From positions 800,001-864,000 of the forward strand of contig CBDBBI010000010.1 of NCBI GenBank assembly GCA_965202625.1: a stretch of DNA of 64,000 nucleotides, read 5' to 3'. The position numbers and the translations under genes are program-made. Origin of the DNA: a bacterium (GTDB lineage: Bacteria > UBA8248). A model generated the notes under the pieces. That model was not told the DNA's origin. It did no database searches and saw only the letters and a list, made by a program, of their open reading frames with translations. Positions 20,784 through 30,759 of the stretch are shown one piece after another (the first letter of the stretch is position 1; each line of letters begins with the position of its first letter).

Positions 20784-21878
20784 TTAGAACGGAACCGCTT
20801 CCGGCAGAAGGGGCAGGAGATACTTTCCAAAATTTTTGGCCTCGGCATCGTGCGGCCAGCCGGAGAGGATAAAGGTAGTGGCTCCGATATCGATGTATTC
20901 GCGCATGGCGTCGGCTACCACTTGCGGGCTGCCCACGAGCATCGTGCCCGCCCCCTGGCGCACGAGGTTGACGCCGGAGAAAAGCGCCGGGCCGTGCCAG
21001 AGCCTGCCTTCCGCCGTCATGGCGTTCATGCGCTGCTGGGAGACGGACTCCACCTCGCCGGCGACCTCGCCGGTGACGGATGAAGTCTCGCCGTAGGAAG
21101 CCGTGCCCGCGATGATCTCCTCCGCCTCCCTTTTCGCCTGCGCGTCATCCTCCCGAACGAGAACGTGGAACCGCACGCCCAGCCTGAGGTCTCGGCCATA
21201 GACCTCGCGCGCCATATTCCGAACTTCACCGTATTCCTCCTCTATCTGCCAGGGCGGCTCCCCCCACTTCAGAAACACGTCGGCGTGCTTGGCGATGACT
21301 CTCTTGGCGGCGGGCGAGCTTCCGCCGAAATAGAGCGGCGGACCGCCCCTGCGCGCGGGGCCGGGAAAGACGAAGCCGTCCTTCACCCGGTAGTGCGCGC
21401 CTTCGTGGTTCACTCGCCCCTCCTCCGCCCAGAACGCGCGCGCGACCTCGAGAAACTCGTCCGCCCGCTCGTAGCGCGCGTCATGATCCGCCCAGTCGCC
21501 ATAGCGTCTCGCGTCCACCGAGGAACCACCCGGCACGACGTTGACCGTCAGCCTGCCGCCCGAGATGAAGTCCAGCGTGTTCGCCTGCTGCACGGCGAAG
21601 CTCGGCGTGGTGAGGCCGGGCCGGACGGCCACGCAGAATTTGATGCGCTCCGTCTCGCGCGCGATGGCGGCGGCCAGAAGCCAGCCGTCTGAGCAAGAGG
21701 TGTTGCACGGAATGAGCATGTTCGTGAGGCCGTTCGCCTCCGCCGTCCGCGCCACGTGGACGAGATAGTCAATCTCGGGCGGAATCTCCACCTCGCCGGT
21801 ACCGAGGCGCGTGGCGTCTCCCCTCCGGTTCGAGGGCAGATACCAGGCGTATTCAATGACGTTTCGCTTCTCGTTCAT
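20784..21878 (-). CDS. LLM-class monooxygenase, SsuD-like
   Basis: ETERIKFCVAVRPG, SGGRLTVNVVPGG, HDARYERADEFL, PPLYFGGSSPAA, FILSGWPH. Confidence 0.88.
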   Translation of the reverse strand: MNEKRNVIEYAWYLPSNRRGDATRLGTGEVEIPPEIDYLVHVARTAEANGLTNMLIPCNTSCSDGWLLAAAIARETERIKFCVAVRPGLTTPSFAVQQANTLDFISGGRLTVNVVPGGSSVDARRYGDWADHDARYERADEFLEVARAFWAEEGRVNHEGAHYRVKDGFVFPGPARRGGPPLYFGGSSPAAKRVIAKHADVFLKWGEPPWQIEEEYGEVRNMAREVYGRDLRLGVRFHVLVREDDAQAKREAEEIIAGTASYGETSSVTGEVAGEVESVSQQRMNAMTAEGRLWHGPALFSGVNLVRQGAGTMLVGSPQVVADAMREYIDIGATTFILSGWPHDAEAKNFGKYLLPLLPEAVPF

Positions 21879-21920
21879 AAAACGCACCGACCATTCGGTA
21901 GATACAAAATTTTTCCCAAG

Positions 21921-22337
21921 CTACTCCAGGGGCTTCAATTTCAACGCAGTACCGCTCGCCACCAGAAAAAGCATCCCCTTGCCCTTTCCGCTGAACTCGT
22001 TGTAATCCAGGTTGACCCCTAGTACGGCGTCCGCGCCCACCGAGAGAGCTTCCTGTTTCAACTCCATGAGCACTCTCTGCCGGGCGTCACGCAAGACATT
22101 CTGGGTGGCCTTGCTTCGCCCGCCGAAAATGTCAGTCATGCCCGCAAAAAAATCGCGAAAAATGTTCATTCCGAACGCGCATTCTGCGGAGACGATCTCG
22201 ATCTCACGCTCTATCTCTCGATTGGCGACGGAAAAGGCTGTCGTCAGCGTAATGCGGCGTTGATCCGCTGCTTCTTTGTTGTCACCGCCTCGCTTCCGCC
22301 GCCTCGCTTCCAAATCTACCTCTATCATGAGACTCAT
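21921..22337 (-). CDS. YbjQ/UPF0145 family protein (probable N-terminal zinc ribbon frameshifted off, ATG 22404)
   Basis: GMNIFRDFFAGMTDIFGGRS...GADAVLGVNLDY...VASGTA. Confidence 0.85.
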   Translation of the reverse strand: MSLMIEVDLEARRRKRGGDNKEAADQRRITLTTAFSVANREIEREIEIVSAECAFGMNIFRDFFAGMTDIFGGRSKATQNVLRDARQRVLMELKQEALSVGADAVLGVNLDYNEFSGKGKGMLFLVASGTALKLKPLE

Positions 22338-22534
22338 TCGCCCGCCGCAGTTAGGGCAAACATTCGCGCTGTCAGCCTCATCTTCCGCAAATGTCGCATT
22401 TCATCCAAGCCATCGCCGCCACTCACTCATATTCTCATTCTTCAGGCGTCAAGTTTGCGAAAAACGCGCCCCGCCCGCAAGGGGGCGAGACGTTTTATCG
22501 AAGTGCTCCGTCACGTTCTGGAACGTCGGTCGAT

Positions 22535-24460
22535 TCAGCCGATGCGGCCCCCATCGTCGCGCGTGATGGCGATCACGGCTGAACGGGGAACCGCGTCACC
22601 GCCGTCGGGGAAGTGACTATCGCCTCCCTTCTCGCCTGGATGCTGGATGCCCACGAACATGGTCTTACCGTCCGCACTCCACTCGATTCCAGTAACCTCG
22701 CATTGCCTGGGTCCCACCATGAAGCGGCGAATCTCGCCCGACTCAGGATCGCCTACGAGCATCTGGTTGTTGCCCTGGCCCGCGAATCCCTTCGCGTTGG
22801 AGTATTCTCCGTCGGTCTGTATCCACAACATGCCGTTGCCGTCGAACGCGAGACCGTCGGGCGAGTTGAACATGTTGTCCGCGTTGACGTTCGCCGAACC
22901 CGCGTTAGTCCCCTCGTGGACGGCGGGGTTGCCCGCGATCACGTACAAATCCCAAGAGAAGGCGGCGGAGAGGTGATCGCCCCTATCCGGCGTCCAGCGC
23001 ACGATCTGGCCGTAGGAATTGTTCGCACGCGGATTCGGGCCGCCGACCGGAATCGGATCTCCGCCCTTATTGGGCTTTCTGCCCCGGTTCTTATTGTTGG
23101 TGAGACAGCAATAAACCTCGGCCCTCTTCGGGTGCGCCGCTACCCATTCGGCGCGATCCATGGTAGTCGCCTTCACCGCCGAGGCCGCCATGCGGGTGTG
23201 AACGCAAATTTCAGATTGCGAGGCCATGCCCGTGGATTCCGGCGTCAGCACCATCCACTCGCCCCGGCCGTCATCGGCGAACTTCGCCGCGAACAGCTTG
23301 CCCGCATGCAGAAGGTCGGTGTTCTTTCCACCCTCGGCGTAGCGCCCATCGCTCACGAACTTGTAGATGAACTCGCCGCGCTCGTCGTCGCCCATATAGA
23401 CGACCACCTGTCCGTTGGCGGCGAGCACGACCTCGGCGTTCTCGTGCTTGAAACGTCCCAGGGCGGTGCGCTTCTTGGGCGTCGCTTGAGGGTCCAGAGG
23501 GTCTATCTCGACGATGTAGCCCGCGCGGTTCGGCTCGTTGGGGTGCCTGGAGACGTCGAAGCGCGCGTCCGTCGTCTCCCAGGCGTATCCCCGCCCCTTG
23601 GGGCCAACGCCGTAGCGCCTGAACGCGGGACCGACCTCGACTTCCGGATCGCTCGATGCGAAATAGCCGTGAAAATTCTCCTCGCAGGAGAGATAGGTGC
23701 CCCACGGAGTGCGGCAGCCCCCGCAGTTGTTCCAGGTGCCGAGGCTGCGGACGCCTTCGGGGTCGGCGGCCGTCTTGAGGAGATCGTGCCCGCGCGCCGG
23801 CCCGGTGATCTCCATCGGAGTATCGGGCGTGATCTTGCGGTTGTAAGGCGAATCCTTAACGATCGACCATCGCCCGCCCTTCTGGACGATTTCCAGGATC
23901 GACACCCCGTGCGCGGCCTTGCCCTTGCGGACGTCATCGGCGGTTTGGGGCCGACCTCCCCCCTCCCCGCCGTATATGACGTCGAGATTCACGTATTCGT
24001 TGTTGACGGCGAGAACGTTCCTATCGCCCGCCCTGAACAGCGCCATCCCGTCGTTGTTGTCGCCAAAGGCGAGCTCCTGGATCGCTCCAGTGCCGCGCGT
24101 CGCCTGGTCGAACTCGGGCCCGCGCGCCCACATCGGATCCCCCCACCGCACGACCACGTGCCAGCCATACCCCTTCGGAACGGTGAGCGTGTCGAGATCG
24201 TTGGCGGGGACGGCCTCGAACCCGAACTGATCAGAACCAGCGAGGGCGGAGAGGGAGCCGACTCCTCCGGTGCTCATGACGAATGGCGTCGCGGCAAGGG
24301 CGGCACTCCGGCACAGAAACCCGCGCCGCGACATCATCCTCTCGGCGAGTCTCTCGAAGTCGCTCTCCTCCGAACGCGGATGGTGGAACTCGTCGAACGC
24401 ATTCGGGGATCGTTCGCACTCTGTGGCGATTTGCGCGTCCAACGCTCCTTTCTTCCGCAT
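22535..24460 (-). CDS. phoX: PhoX-family (DUF839) Tat-exported alkaline phosphatase
   Basis: SRRGFL Tat motif, FGDNNDGM, NNC...TPWGTYLSCEEN, LGRFKHE, IQHPGE. Confidence 0.92.
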   Translation of the reverse strand: MRKKGALDAQIATECERSPNAFDEFHHPRSEESDFERLAERMMSRRGFLCRSAALAATPFVMSTGGVGSLSALAGSDQFGFEAVPANDLDTLTVPKGYGWHVVVRWGDPMWARGPEFDQATRGTGAIQELAFGDNNDGMALFRAGDRNVLAVNNEYVNLDVIYGGEGGGRPQTADDVRKGKAAHGVSILEIVQKGGRWSIVKDSPYNRKITPDTPMEITGPARGHDLLKTAADPEGVRSLGTWNNCGGCRTPWGTYLSCEENFHGYFASSDPEVEVGPAFRRYGVGPKGRGYAWETTDARFDVSRHPNEPNRAGYIVEIDPLDPQATPKKRTALGRFKHENAEVVLAANGQVVVYMGDDERGEFIYKFVSDGRYAEGGKNTDLLHAGKLFAAKFADDGRGEWMVLTPESTGMASQSEICVHTRMAASAVKATTMDRAEWVAAHPKRAEVYCCLTNNKNRGRKPNKGGDPIPVGGPNPRANNSYGQIVRWTPDRGDHLSAAFSWDLYVIAGNPAVHEGTNAGSANVNADNMFNSPDGLAFDGNGMLWIQTDGEYSNAKGFAGQGNNQMLVGDPESGEIRRFMVGPRQCEVTGIEWSADGKTMFVGIQHPGEKGGDSHFPDGGDAVPRSAVIAITRDDGGRIG

Positions 24461-24746
24461 TCCTCCCCCCCAAGGCGTGAAATTCCCGTAAAGGCGCTGA
24501 CTCCCCCGAATGCGGAAGCGAGTGTTGACACGCGCTATTCTAGATGGAAAGCATCACGTCCACGTTACAAAATGGTGAAAAGCGCGTAAAATACGTTCTG
24601 CGGCAGCATCTTGGGCGCGAGCGTTTCGTACGAGAAACTTCCGTCTCCGCTTTCCAAGACGACGCGCGGCTTGTAGATTGACACGCACGACACAGAACGC
24701 GCGCGGCGCCCCGCCGACGAGAGTGCCTCGTCTGCCTGAGAACCGA

Positions 24747-25631
24747 ATGAACCCCCAGCTCATCGCCGCATCCTACGCCATGTCCACCGCCGTGGTCTTC
24801 GCCACCTTCAGCGTATTCATCCGCAAGGGCGGAGAGCACGCCAACGCGCTGACGGGCGTATTCATCGGCATGTGCGCCTCCCTGCCCGTGATGCTCGCTC
24901 TCACCTGGCATCACTGGGAACCTGAATGGTGGAGCCCCCCCGCGTTTTTCTTCTTCACTCTGGCGGGACTGGCGGGGCCGGCAACCTCGCGCGTCCTGTT
25001 GTATTTGAGCATCTCCTATCTCGGAGTCGCGCGCGCCATGCCCTTCAACTCGCTGACTCCCTTGTTCTCCACTTCGCTCGCCATCACCTTCCTCGGCGAG
25101 AGGCCGGGGGGGCTCATTCTGGCCGGCACGCTCTTCATCGTCCTCGGCGGCGCGGCGCTCACCTACAAGAGGACGGACGACGCCACATGGCGGCGAAAGC
25201 ACCTCTGGCTCGCCCTGGGGAGCAGCGTCGCCGCCGCGATCTCGTTCCTGTTCCGAAAACTCGCCTTCGCCCACGCGACGGCCCCGCTCATGGGCGCCAC
25301 CCTCTCCACGCTGGCGGGCTTCATTTTTCTCATCGCCTTCGTTCCGCTCTTTCCGAAAGAGCAGAAACCGAATCAGTTCCGCCGGCCCAAAGCCTGGCTC
25401 ATCTTCGGCTTCTGCGGGCTGCTCAACGCGCTGGGCTTCATCCTGCACTTCACCGCCATCAGCATCGGCGACCTTTCGATCGTGGCCCCGCTCACCTCGA
25501 CGGCACCCATATTCAGCCTCATCATGAGCTACTTCATGCTTCGGCGCATGGAGCGCATCACGCCCGCCATCATCCTCGGCACGGCCTGCATGGTGATCGG
25601 CGCCACCCTCATCGGCTGGCGCGTCCGCTGA
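24747..25631 (+). CDS. EamA/DMT family transporter
   Basis: Two EamA-like halves (LGVARAMP...FLGERP; IVAPLTSTAPIF...ERIT), highly hydrophobic. Confidence 0.85.
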   Translation: MNPQLIAASYAMSTAVVFATFSVFIRKGGEHANALTGVFIGMCASLPVMLALTWHHWEPEWWSPPAFFFFTLAGLAGPATSRVLLYLSISYLGVARAMPFNSLTPLFSTSLAITFLGERPGGLILAGTLFIVLGGAALTYKRTDDATWRRKHLWLALGSSVAAAISFLFRKLAFAHATAPLMGATLSTLAGFIFLIAFVPLFPKEQKPNQFRRPKAWLIFGFCGLLNALGFILHFTAISIGDLSIVAPLTSTAPIFSLIMSYFMLRRMERITPAIILGTACMVIGATLIGWRVR

Positions 25632-25847
25632 GAAAACGAAGCGCAAGAGAAGCGCCATAAAGCGTCGCGCAAGGACAACCGCGCGGGGTCTTACAGACGA
25701 GAAGCGCACGGAGGGAAAACAGGCATCGCGTGAACGACGGAATTTCCGCTATAATAGCGTATGCGGGACGCCCATGACGAAGCGCGCCTCGCACCTCCGC
25801 CCCCGCGCACGGGGAGAGCGGAACCGGAGGATAAGGAGGATCGCCGA

Positions 25848-27077
25848 ATGCTGTTTCGATTCTCTCTGTATGGCTTCCTTAAAAACCAGACGTATTTCGA
25901 GCCTTTTCTTCTCCTCGCCTTTCTGGAGAAAGACCTCTCCTTCTTCCAGATCGGCCTCCTCGTCGGCTTCCGTGAGGCGTGCATCAACGTCTTCGAGATT
26001 CCCAGCGGCGCGGTGGCCGACCTATACGGCAGAAGGCGCTCAATGATTTTCTCGTTCCTCGCCTACATCGCCTCTTTTCTCGCCTTCGCCTACTCATCCG
26101 CCTTCTCCACCCTGCTCCTCGCCATGCTCGCCTTCGCCCTCGGCGATTCGTTCCGCACCGGAACGCACAAGGCGATGATCTTCGAGTGGCTGCGCATTCA
26201 GGGCCGGGAGGAGGAGCGCACCCGCGTCTACGGGTTCACGCGCTCATGGTCGAAGATGGGATCGGCCGTCTCGGTCGTGATCGCCAGCGCGTTCGTATTC
26301 ACGGGAGCGCGCTACAGCAACATCTTCCTCCTCGCCGTCATCCCCTACGCGATAAACATCGTGAACTTCATGGGCTACCCGCGCGCCCTCGACGGGACGC
26401 GTGCACCGGACGCAAAAATTCCGAGCGTCTGGGGGCATCTGAAGACCTCCATGCGCATGGCATTATCCGACAAGCCCCTGCGCGGCGTCCTCATCGAGTC
26501 GATGGGCTACGAGGGCACCTACAAAATCGCTAAAGACTACATTCAGCCCGTCATCCAGCAGGCCGCCCTGGGTCTCACCCTGCTCGCCGCCTGGCAGCAG
26601 CAACAGCGCGTGGCACTACTGGTGGGCGTCGTCTATTTCGTCCTGCATCTGCTCTCCAGCTTCGCCTCGCGCGGGGGGCACCGCCTCGTCCGGGCGGTCG
26701 GCTCCGAGGAGGCCGCTTCGAATGCGCTCTGGGGCGTCACCTCCTGCGTCTACGCCGTCCTCGCATGGGGGCTTTGGGCGGGCTGGGAGTCGGTCGCGAT
26801 CGCGGGCTTCGTCGTCCTGGCCGTGCTGCAAAACTTCTGGCGTCCCGTGCTGATGAGCCGCATCGACGCCCACAGCACGCCCGAGGCGGGCGCCACGATC
26901 TTGTCCGTGGAGACGCAAAGCAAATCCCTCCTCGCCATGGGGCTGGCGCCTCTCATCGGCTTCTGCGTGGACGCCTTCGGCCTGGTGGGGATAGGAGTGG
27001 TCGGAACGCTTCTCACCCTGCCCTTCGCCCTGTCGAGCCTCAGGGGTCCGCGCCCCAGAGCACTGCCCCATCCATAG
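25848..27077 (+). CDS. MFS transporter
   Basis: FEIPSGAVADLYGRRRS motif A, GDSFRTGTHKA; RBS AAGGAGG. Confidence 0.85.
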   Translation: MLFRFSLYGFLKNQTYFEPFLLLAFLEKDLSFFQIGLLVGFREACINVFEIPSGAVADLYGRRRSMIFSFLAYIASFLAFAYSSAFSTLLLAMLAFALGDSFRTGTHKAMIFEWLRIQGREEERTRVYGFTRSWSKMGSAVSVVIASAFVFTGARYSNIFLLAVIPYAINIVNFMGYPRALDGTRAPDAKIPSVWGHLKTSMRMALSDKPLRGVLIESMGYEGTYKIAKDYIQPVIQQAALGLTLLAAWQQQQRVALLVGVVYFVLHLLSSFASRGGHRLVRAVGSEEAASNALWGVTSCVYAVLAWGLWAGWESVAIAGFVVLAVLQNFWRPVLMSRIDAHSTPEAGATILSVETQSKSLLAMGLAPLIGFCVDAFGLVGIGVVGTLLTLPFALSSLRGPRPRALPHP

Positions 27078-27138
27078 GCGGAGGGGATGGAGAAGCATAC
27101 CGCCTCCCAAAAACCTTCGATTGGAGGAATATACGGAC

Positions 27139-27876
27139 ATGAGCAGCCTGTTTGCCGGGACGCGCGACATGGAGGACGTCGGGGAAATATACGACCAAAT
27201 GAAGGCCAACTGCCCCCATCCCTCCTCTAATTCCAAAAGTCTTTGGAAGCTGCGGCGCGCAACCTATATTTGCGCTAGCAGTCCGAAGAAGGAGACCATG
27301 CTCGAGAAAGCCGTCGCCATGCTGGCGGACAACTGCCACATGCCCACATGGTTTAACCAGTGCCCAACGGCTTCGGGAATCACCGACTCATCCAGAAACA
27401 AGAAAAGCAGCGTCGATCTCGTTCACTGGAACGAATCAACCAAACATGCGCGCCTGGTCGAGCTGAAATGGGAGAGCAACGATCCGCTTTACGCGCTATG
27501 CGAAGTTCTTCAATACGGCGCCGCCTACGTCTTCTGTCGGGCGCACAGAGGCAAACTGCCTCTTCAAGACCGGCCTTTGATGGACGCCCGACACGTCGCG
27601 CTCGAGGTCGCCGCACCCGCGCACTACTATGATGGCTGTGAAGTGAAAGTGAAAAACGCGCTCGCGCAGATGCGAGCACACCTTGATGCGTTCGACGTCG
27701 GCTCCCGAATCGACGGACTGACAATGTCTTTGGACGCGCTGCAATTTCCAGAACATTTCCGGCAACTGCCATTCAAGAACGGGCAAGAGGTGAAGCAAAA
27801 ATGCGGCTCTCCCCGCTTGACCCCCGAAGGACAGAAAATCCGCGGCGCGTTCTACCAGCTGACTCCCGTCGCGTGA
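27139..27876 (+). CDS. Hypothetical protein, PD-(D/E)xK nuclease-like
   Basis: VDLV...LVELK...EVLQYG pattern; RBS GGAGG. Confidence 0.6.
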   Translation: MSSLFAGTRDMEDVGEIYDQMKANCPHPSSNSKSLWKLRRATYICASSPKKETMLEKAVAMLADNCHMPTWFNQCPTASGITDSSRNKKSSVDLVHWNESTKHARLVELKWESNDPLYALCEVLQYGAAYVFCRAHRGKLPLQDRPLMDARHVALEVAAPAHYYDGCEVKVKNALAQMRAHLDAFDVGSRIDGLTMSLDALQFPEHFRQLPFKNGQEVKQKCGSPRLTPEGQKIRGAFYQLTPVA

Positions 27877-28183
27877 GAGGAACAGCAGAAGCGGCTCTGC
27901 GGATGGCGGCGGTTCCCGCATCCGCATCTGCGCCACTCCGGCCTCGCCGTTTGACGAGTGCGGGCACAGCCCCTAACATGACGCCATCATGGGCCCATCA
28001 GGGGTGCCGAGGCATGAGAATCGCTTGACGCCCTGAGCCGCACCGGGACGTTTAACGGGCGCACCCTGAATCGCCTCAATTCCGGCTTCTCTTGACGCCC
28101 GACCCACTTTCATAAGACAAAGTTCTCCCATGATCGCATCGTCTTGAAGCGCCCTGCGGGCCGCACTCACGAGGGAGGAGATC

Positions 28184-29338
28184 GTGACCAACGCCGAGAA
28201 TCGCGACGCGCTTTCCATCACCCTCGGAATCGAAGAGGAACTCTTTCTCACCGATCCCGAATCCCGCGCCCTCATCGCCGACCCTTCCCCCGCCATACTG
28301 GAACAATGCGAGCGGAGAAGCGGACCGCACAGGGTCGTGCCCGAATTCCTCCGCTCCGAGCTCGAGACCAACACCCGGGTGTGCGGGTCGGTGGCCGAGA
28401 CGCGCGAGGCGCTGCTTGAGACTCGGCGCATCGTCATTGAGGCGGCCGAGGCGCACGGAGCCGTGCCAATGGCCGCCTCCATCCATCCTTTCGCGGCGTG
28501 GGAGGCGCAGGTGGTCACGGCGAAGGAGCGCTACGAGCAGTTCGTGATCACCTACCAGGAGAGCATGCGGCGGGTTATGCTCGGCGCGATGCACATCCAG
28601 GCCGGCTTCGGCGATCCGGAGTCGCGGATTCGAATCATGACCGCAGTGCGGCGGCACCTGCCCCTGTTCCACGCCCTCTCCACTTCCTCGCCGTTCCACG
28701 CCGGCAGCGAGACGGGCTTCAAGTCCTGGCGACTCAACCTCCTTGGCGTGCTGCCGCGCACCGGCGTTCCCGGCCCGATACGCACCCGGGCGGAATACGA
28801 CCGCATCGTCTCCGGCTACCAGAAGATGAACATCATCAAGAACGACAGCGAGCTGTGGTGGGACATTCGCCCCTCCCACGCCTACCCGACGGTGGAGTTG
28901 CGGATATGCGACGTCTGCACGCGGGTCGAGGACACCATGAGCATCGTGGCACTCTATGCCTCCCTCCTCCGGCGACTGATGCGCCAGGACCGCGAGGGCG
29001 CGCTGCCGCCCGACCCGCCAACGGAGCTCATCGCCGAGAACCGCTGGCTCGCCCAGCGATACGGCGTCCTCGCCTTTCTGGGCGACACCGAGCGCGGCGG
29101 GCGGGTGGACATCGCCGACTACGCGGCGGAGCTCGTGGAGGAGCTCGCCCCCGACGCCCGCGCACTGGGCTGCGAAGCCGAAATCCGCCGCGTGAATACC
29201 ATCATCCGGGAAGGCACGAGCGCCGATCGGCAGGTGGACCTCTATCGCCTGCGCCGCCTGGAGGGCGACACCCAAGAGGAGGCAATGCGGCGCGTGGTGG
29301 ACATGGTGACCGCCGAAACCCGGAAGGGGGTCGCTTGA
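28184..29338 (+). CDS. ybdK: Carboxylate-amine ligase (glutamate-cysteine ligase family 2, YbdK-like)
   Basis: TLGIEEEL, ALSTSSPF, LWWDIRP, TVELRICD, ENRWLAQRYG; GTG start with GGAGG. Confidence 0.9.
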   Translation: MTNAENRDALSITLGIEEELFLTDPESRALIADPSPAILEQCERRSGPHRVVPEFLRSELETNTRVCGSVAETREALLETRRIVIEAAEAHGAVPMAASIHPFAAWEAQVVTAKERYEQFVITYQESMRRVMLGAMHIQAGFGDPESRIRIMTAVRRHLPLFHALSTSSPFHAGSETGFKSWRLNLLGVLPRTGVPGPIRTRAEYDRIVSGYQKMNIIKNDSELWWDIRPSHAYPTVELRICDVCTRVEDTMSIVALYASLLRRLMRQDREGALPPDPPTELIAENRWLAQRYGVLAFLGDTERGGRVDIADYAAELVEELAPDARALGCEAEIRRVNTIIREGTSADRQVDLYRLRRLEGDTQEEAMRRVVDMVTAETRKGVA

Positions 29339-29394
29339 ACGCCGGCCCATCAGGGGCGCGCGGCGGGCTGGACGACAGAAAAAGCGTCGCCCGC
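29237..29394 (+). repeat. Direct repeat A, copy 1 (3' end of ybdK plus trailer)
   Basis: GACCTCTATC..GCGTGGTGGACATGGTGA.CGCCGAAACCCGGAAGGGGGTCGCTTGAACG.CGGCCCATCAGG recurs at 31547-31663. Confidence 0.9.
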
Positions 29395-29481
29395 TAGAGA
29401 TATGAACGCGCGCAAGCGATGAAATCCACGCCGCCTACGGGTTCGACGAAAGCGGCCAGCGAACCTCTCCTGAAACCTTCA

Positions 29482-29662
29482 CAGCCGCGCATCCCGACAT
29501 TAAGAGCGCGACGGACGCGGACGCCCTCGCCGCCATCACGCTCGACGACCTGCTTTGAGCGGCTTTTTCAACGCCCTTGCACGGCCGTTTTCCAAGCCGC
29601 CTATGCCCCCAAAAATCCGCCGTTTTCCCAAGCCATTCGCAATTATTTTTGTCCGGCTACAA
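29482..29662 (+). repeat. Direct repeat B, copy 1
   Basis: CAGCCGCGCATCCCGACATT (20 nt identical) through CAAGCCATTCGCAAT recurs at 34249-34387 with an internal deletion. Confidence 0.85.
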
Positions 29663-29798
29663 TGACAAACCACCTGTCCTGGAGGACAAGGACGGAAGGC
29701 GGCAGTTGACAAATTTATGGGGCGTTTCCGATAATTGCGGGCGTGAATTTGGTGGTTCGCTGTTTGTTGGTCTTTTCCCTTTTTCGAGAGAAGCAGAC

Positions 29799-30554
29799 AT
29801 GATTTCCAGAATTTTTCGTTTATGCCTGGCGTTGGCGACAGGGGTGATTCTCGCGTTCGCCGGCGTTCCGGATGCCATAGCCAAATGCGGCGGGGAAACC
29901 AGAATCCGCAACCTCGTCGCCTTTCTCAATTGCGACCCCACCGGCATTTCCTACAAAAAGATCTCCCGGGCGATGGACAAAGACATCGACAAAATTTGTC
30001 GGAAGGCTTGTTCCAATATCAAAAATTTTAACGACCAAAAAAATTGTCAAAGGGAATATCTCAAGGTGATTGATCGCCATCAAAGAGCCGTGAAAAGATA
30101 TGCCAGAAGCAAAGGTTGCAAATTCAGGGGCAAATACTTCGAGGCGGAATTCAAAGCGGCGGGGGGGAAACGGACGGGAAGCACGATGCTCAAAGGCTGC
30201 AAGACCGTCGGCAATTGGAAGAGAACCGTCTACAGGCCGTCGGCCGAGGCCCGCTCTCGCTGCGACTTTCTCGTCAAAGACGCCATTATTTGTGCAATTG
30301 TACTGTCGTGCGAAGCCCATTCGGAACTCCATAAAATGCACCCGAAGCAACTGGCTGACCTCGGTGCCTTTGAGGCGAACGGCTACTGTCTGGCCAATCA
30401 AGAGACGGGAGACTGCCCTTCCGTTAGGAAGTGTGTAAAGGGCAAAACTATTGACGGCGGTCAAAAATACTCCAAAAACTACAGAAAACGGGGGATCAAG
30501 GGGCAGAGCCTAGAGGAACAAGAAGGGCCCTCGCCTTCCATTAGAGTAGAATGA
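29799..30554 (+). CDS. Secreted cysteine-rich protein, paralog 1
   Basis: Signal peptide ending AIA-K; 13 Cys in the mature part; candidate promoter TTGACA-N18-GATAAT at 29706-29735. Confidence 0.8.
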   Translation: MISRIFRLCLALATGVILAFAGVPDAIAKCGGETRIRNLVAFLNCDPTGISYKKISRAMDKDIDKICRKACSNIKNFNDQKNCQREYLKVIDRHQRAVKRYARSKGCKFRGKYFEAEFKAAGGKRTGSTMLKGCKTVGNWKRTVYRPSAEARSRCDFLVKDAIICAIVLSCEAHSELHKMHPKQLADLGAFEANGYCLANQETGDCPSVRKCVKGKTIDGGQKYSKNYRKRGIKGQSLEEQEGPSPSIRVE

Positions 30555-30759
30555 AGCCATCGACCACCACCCTTTCCGGGGGCGGCCTCCCCTTTGTTCC
30601 ATTTGCCGAAGTCGGGTTTTAGGGAGACCGTCGGTGGCATTTTGCCGTTGACGAATTTGCGGGATGTTTCGTATAAGCAAGGGTATGGGGTCGGTCGTTC
30701 CCTGTTCGTTTGCGCAAACCTGACAACCCGATAGACGTCTTGACCGGAGAGAAGCAGAC

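Noticed and set aside
22613-24589. 658-aa plus-strand ORF and similar long antisense ORFs (24540-25709, 28076-29350, 36216-37607)
   Set aside because: They shadow well-supported genes on the opposite strand, carry no motifs, and are expected from high-GC codon bias.
27995-28075. GGGGTGCC..GGCATGAGA resembling the start of a TPP riboswitch
   Set aside because: The CTGAGA core is imperfect, the downstream ACCTGAT/GCGTAGG elements are absent, and the next gene is not thiamine-related. An Infernal scan would settle it.
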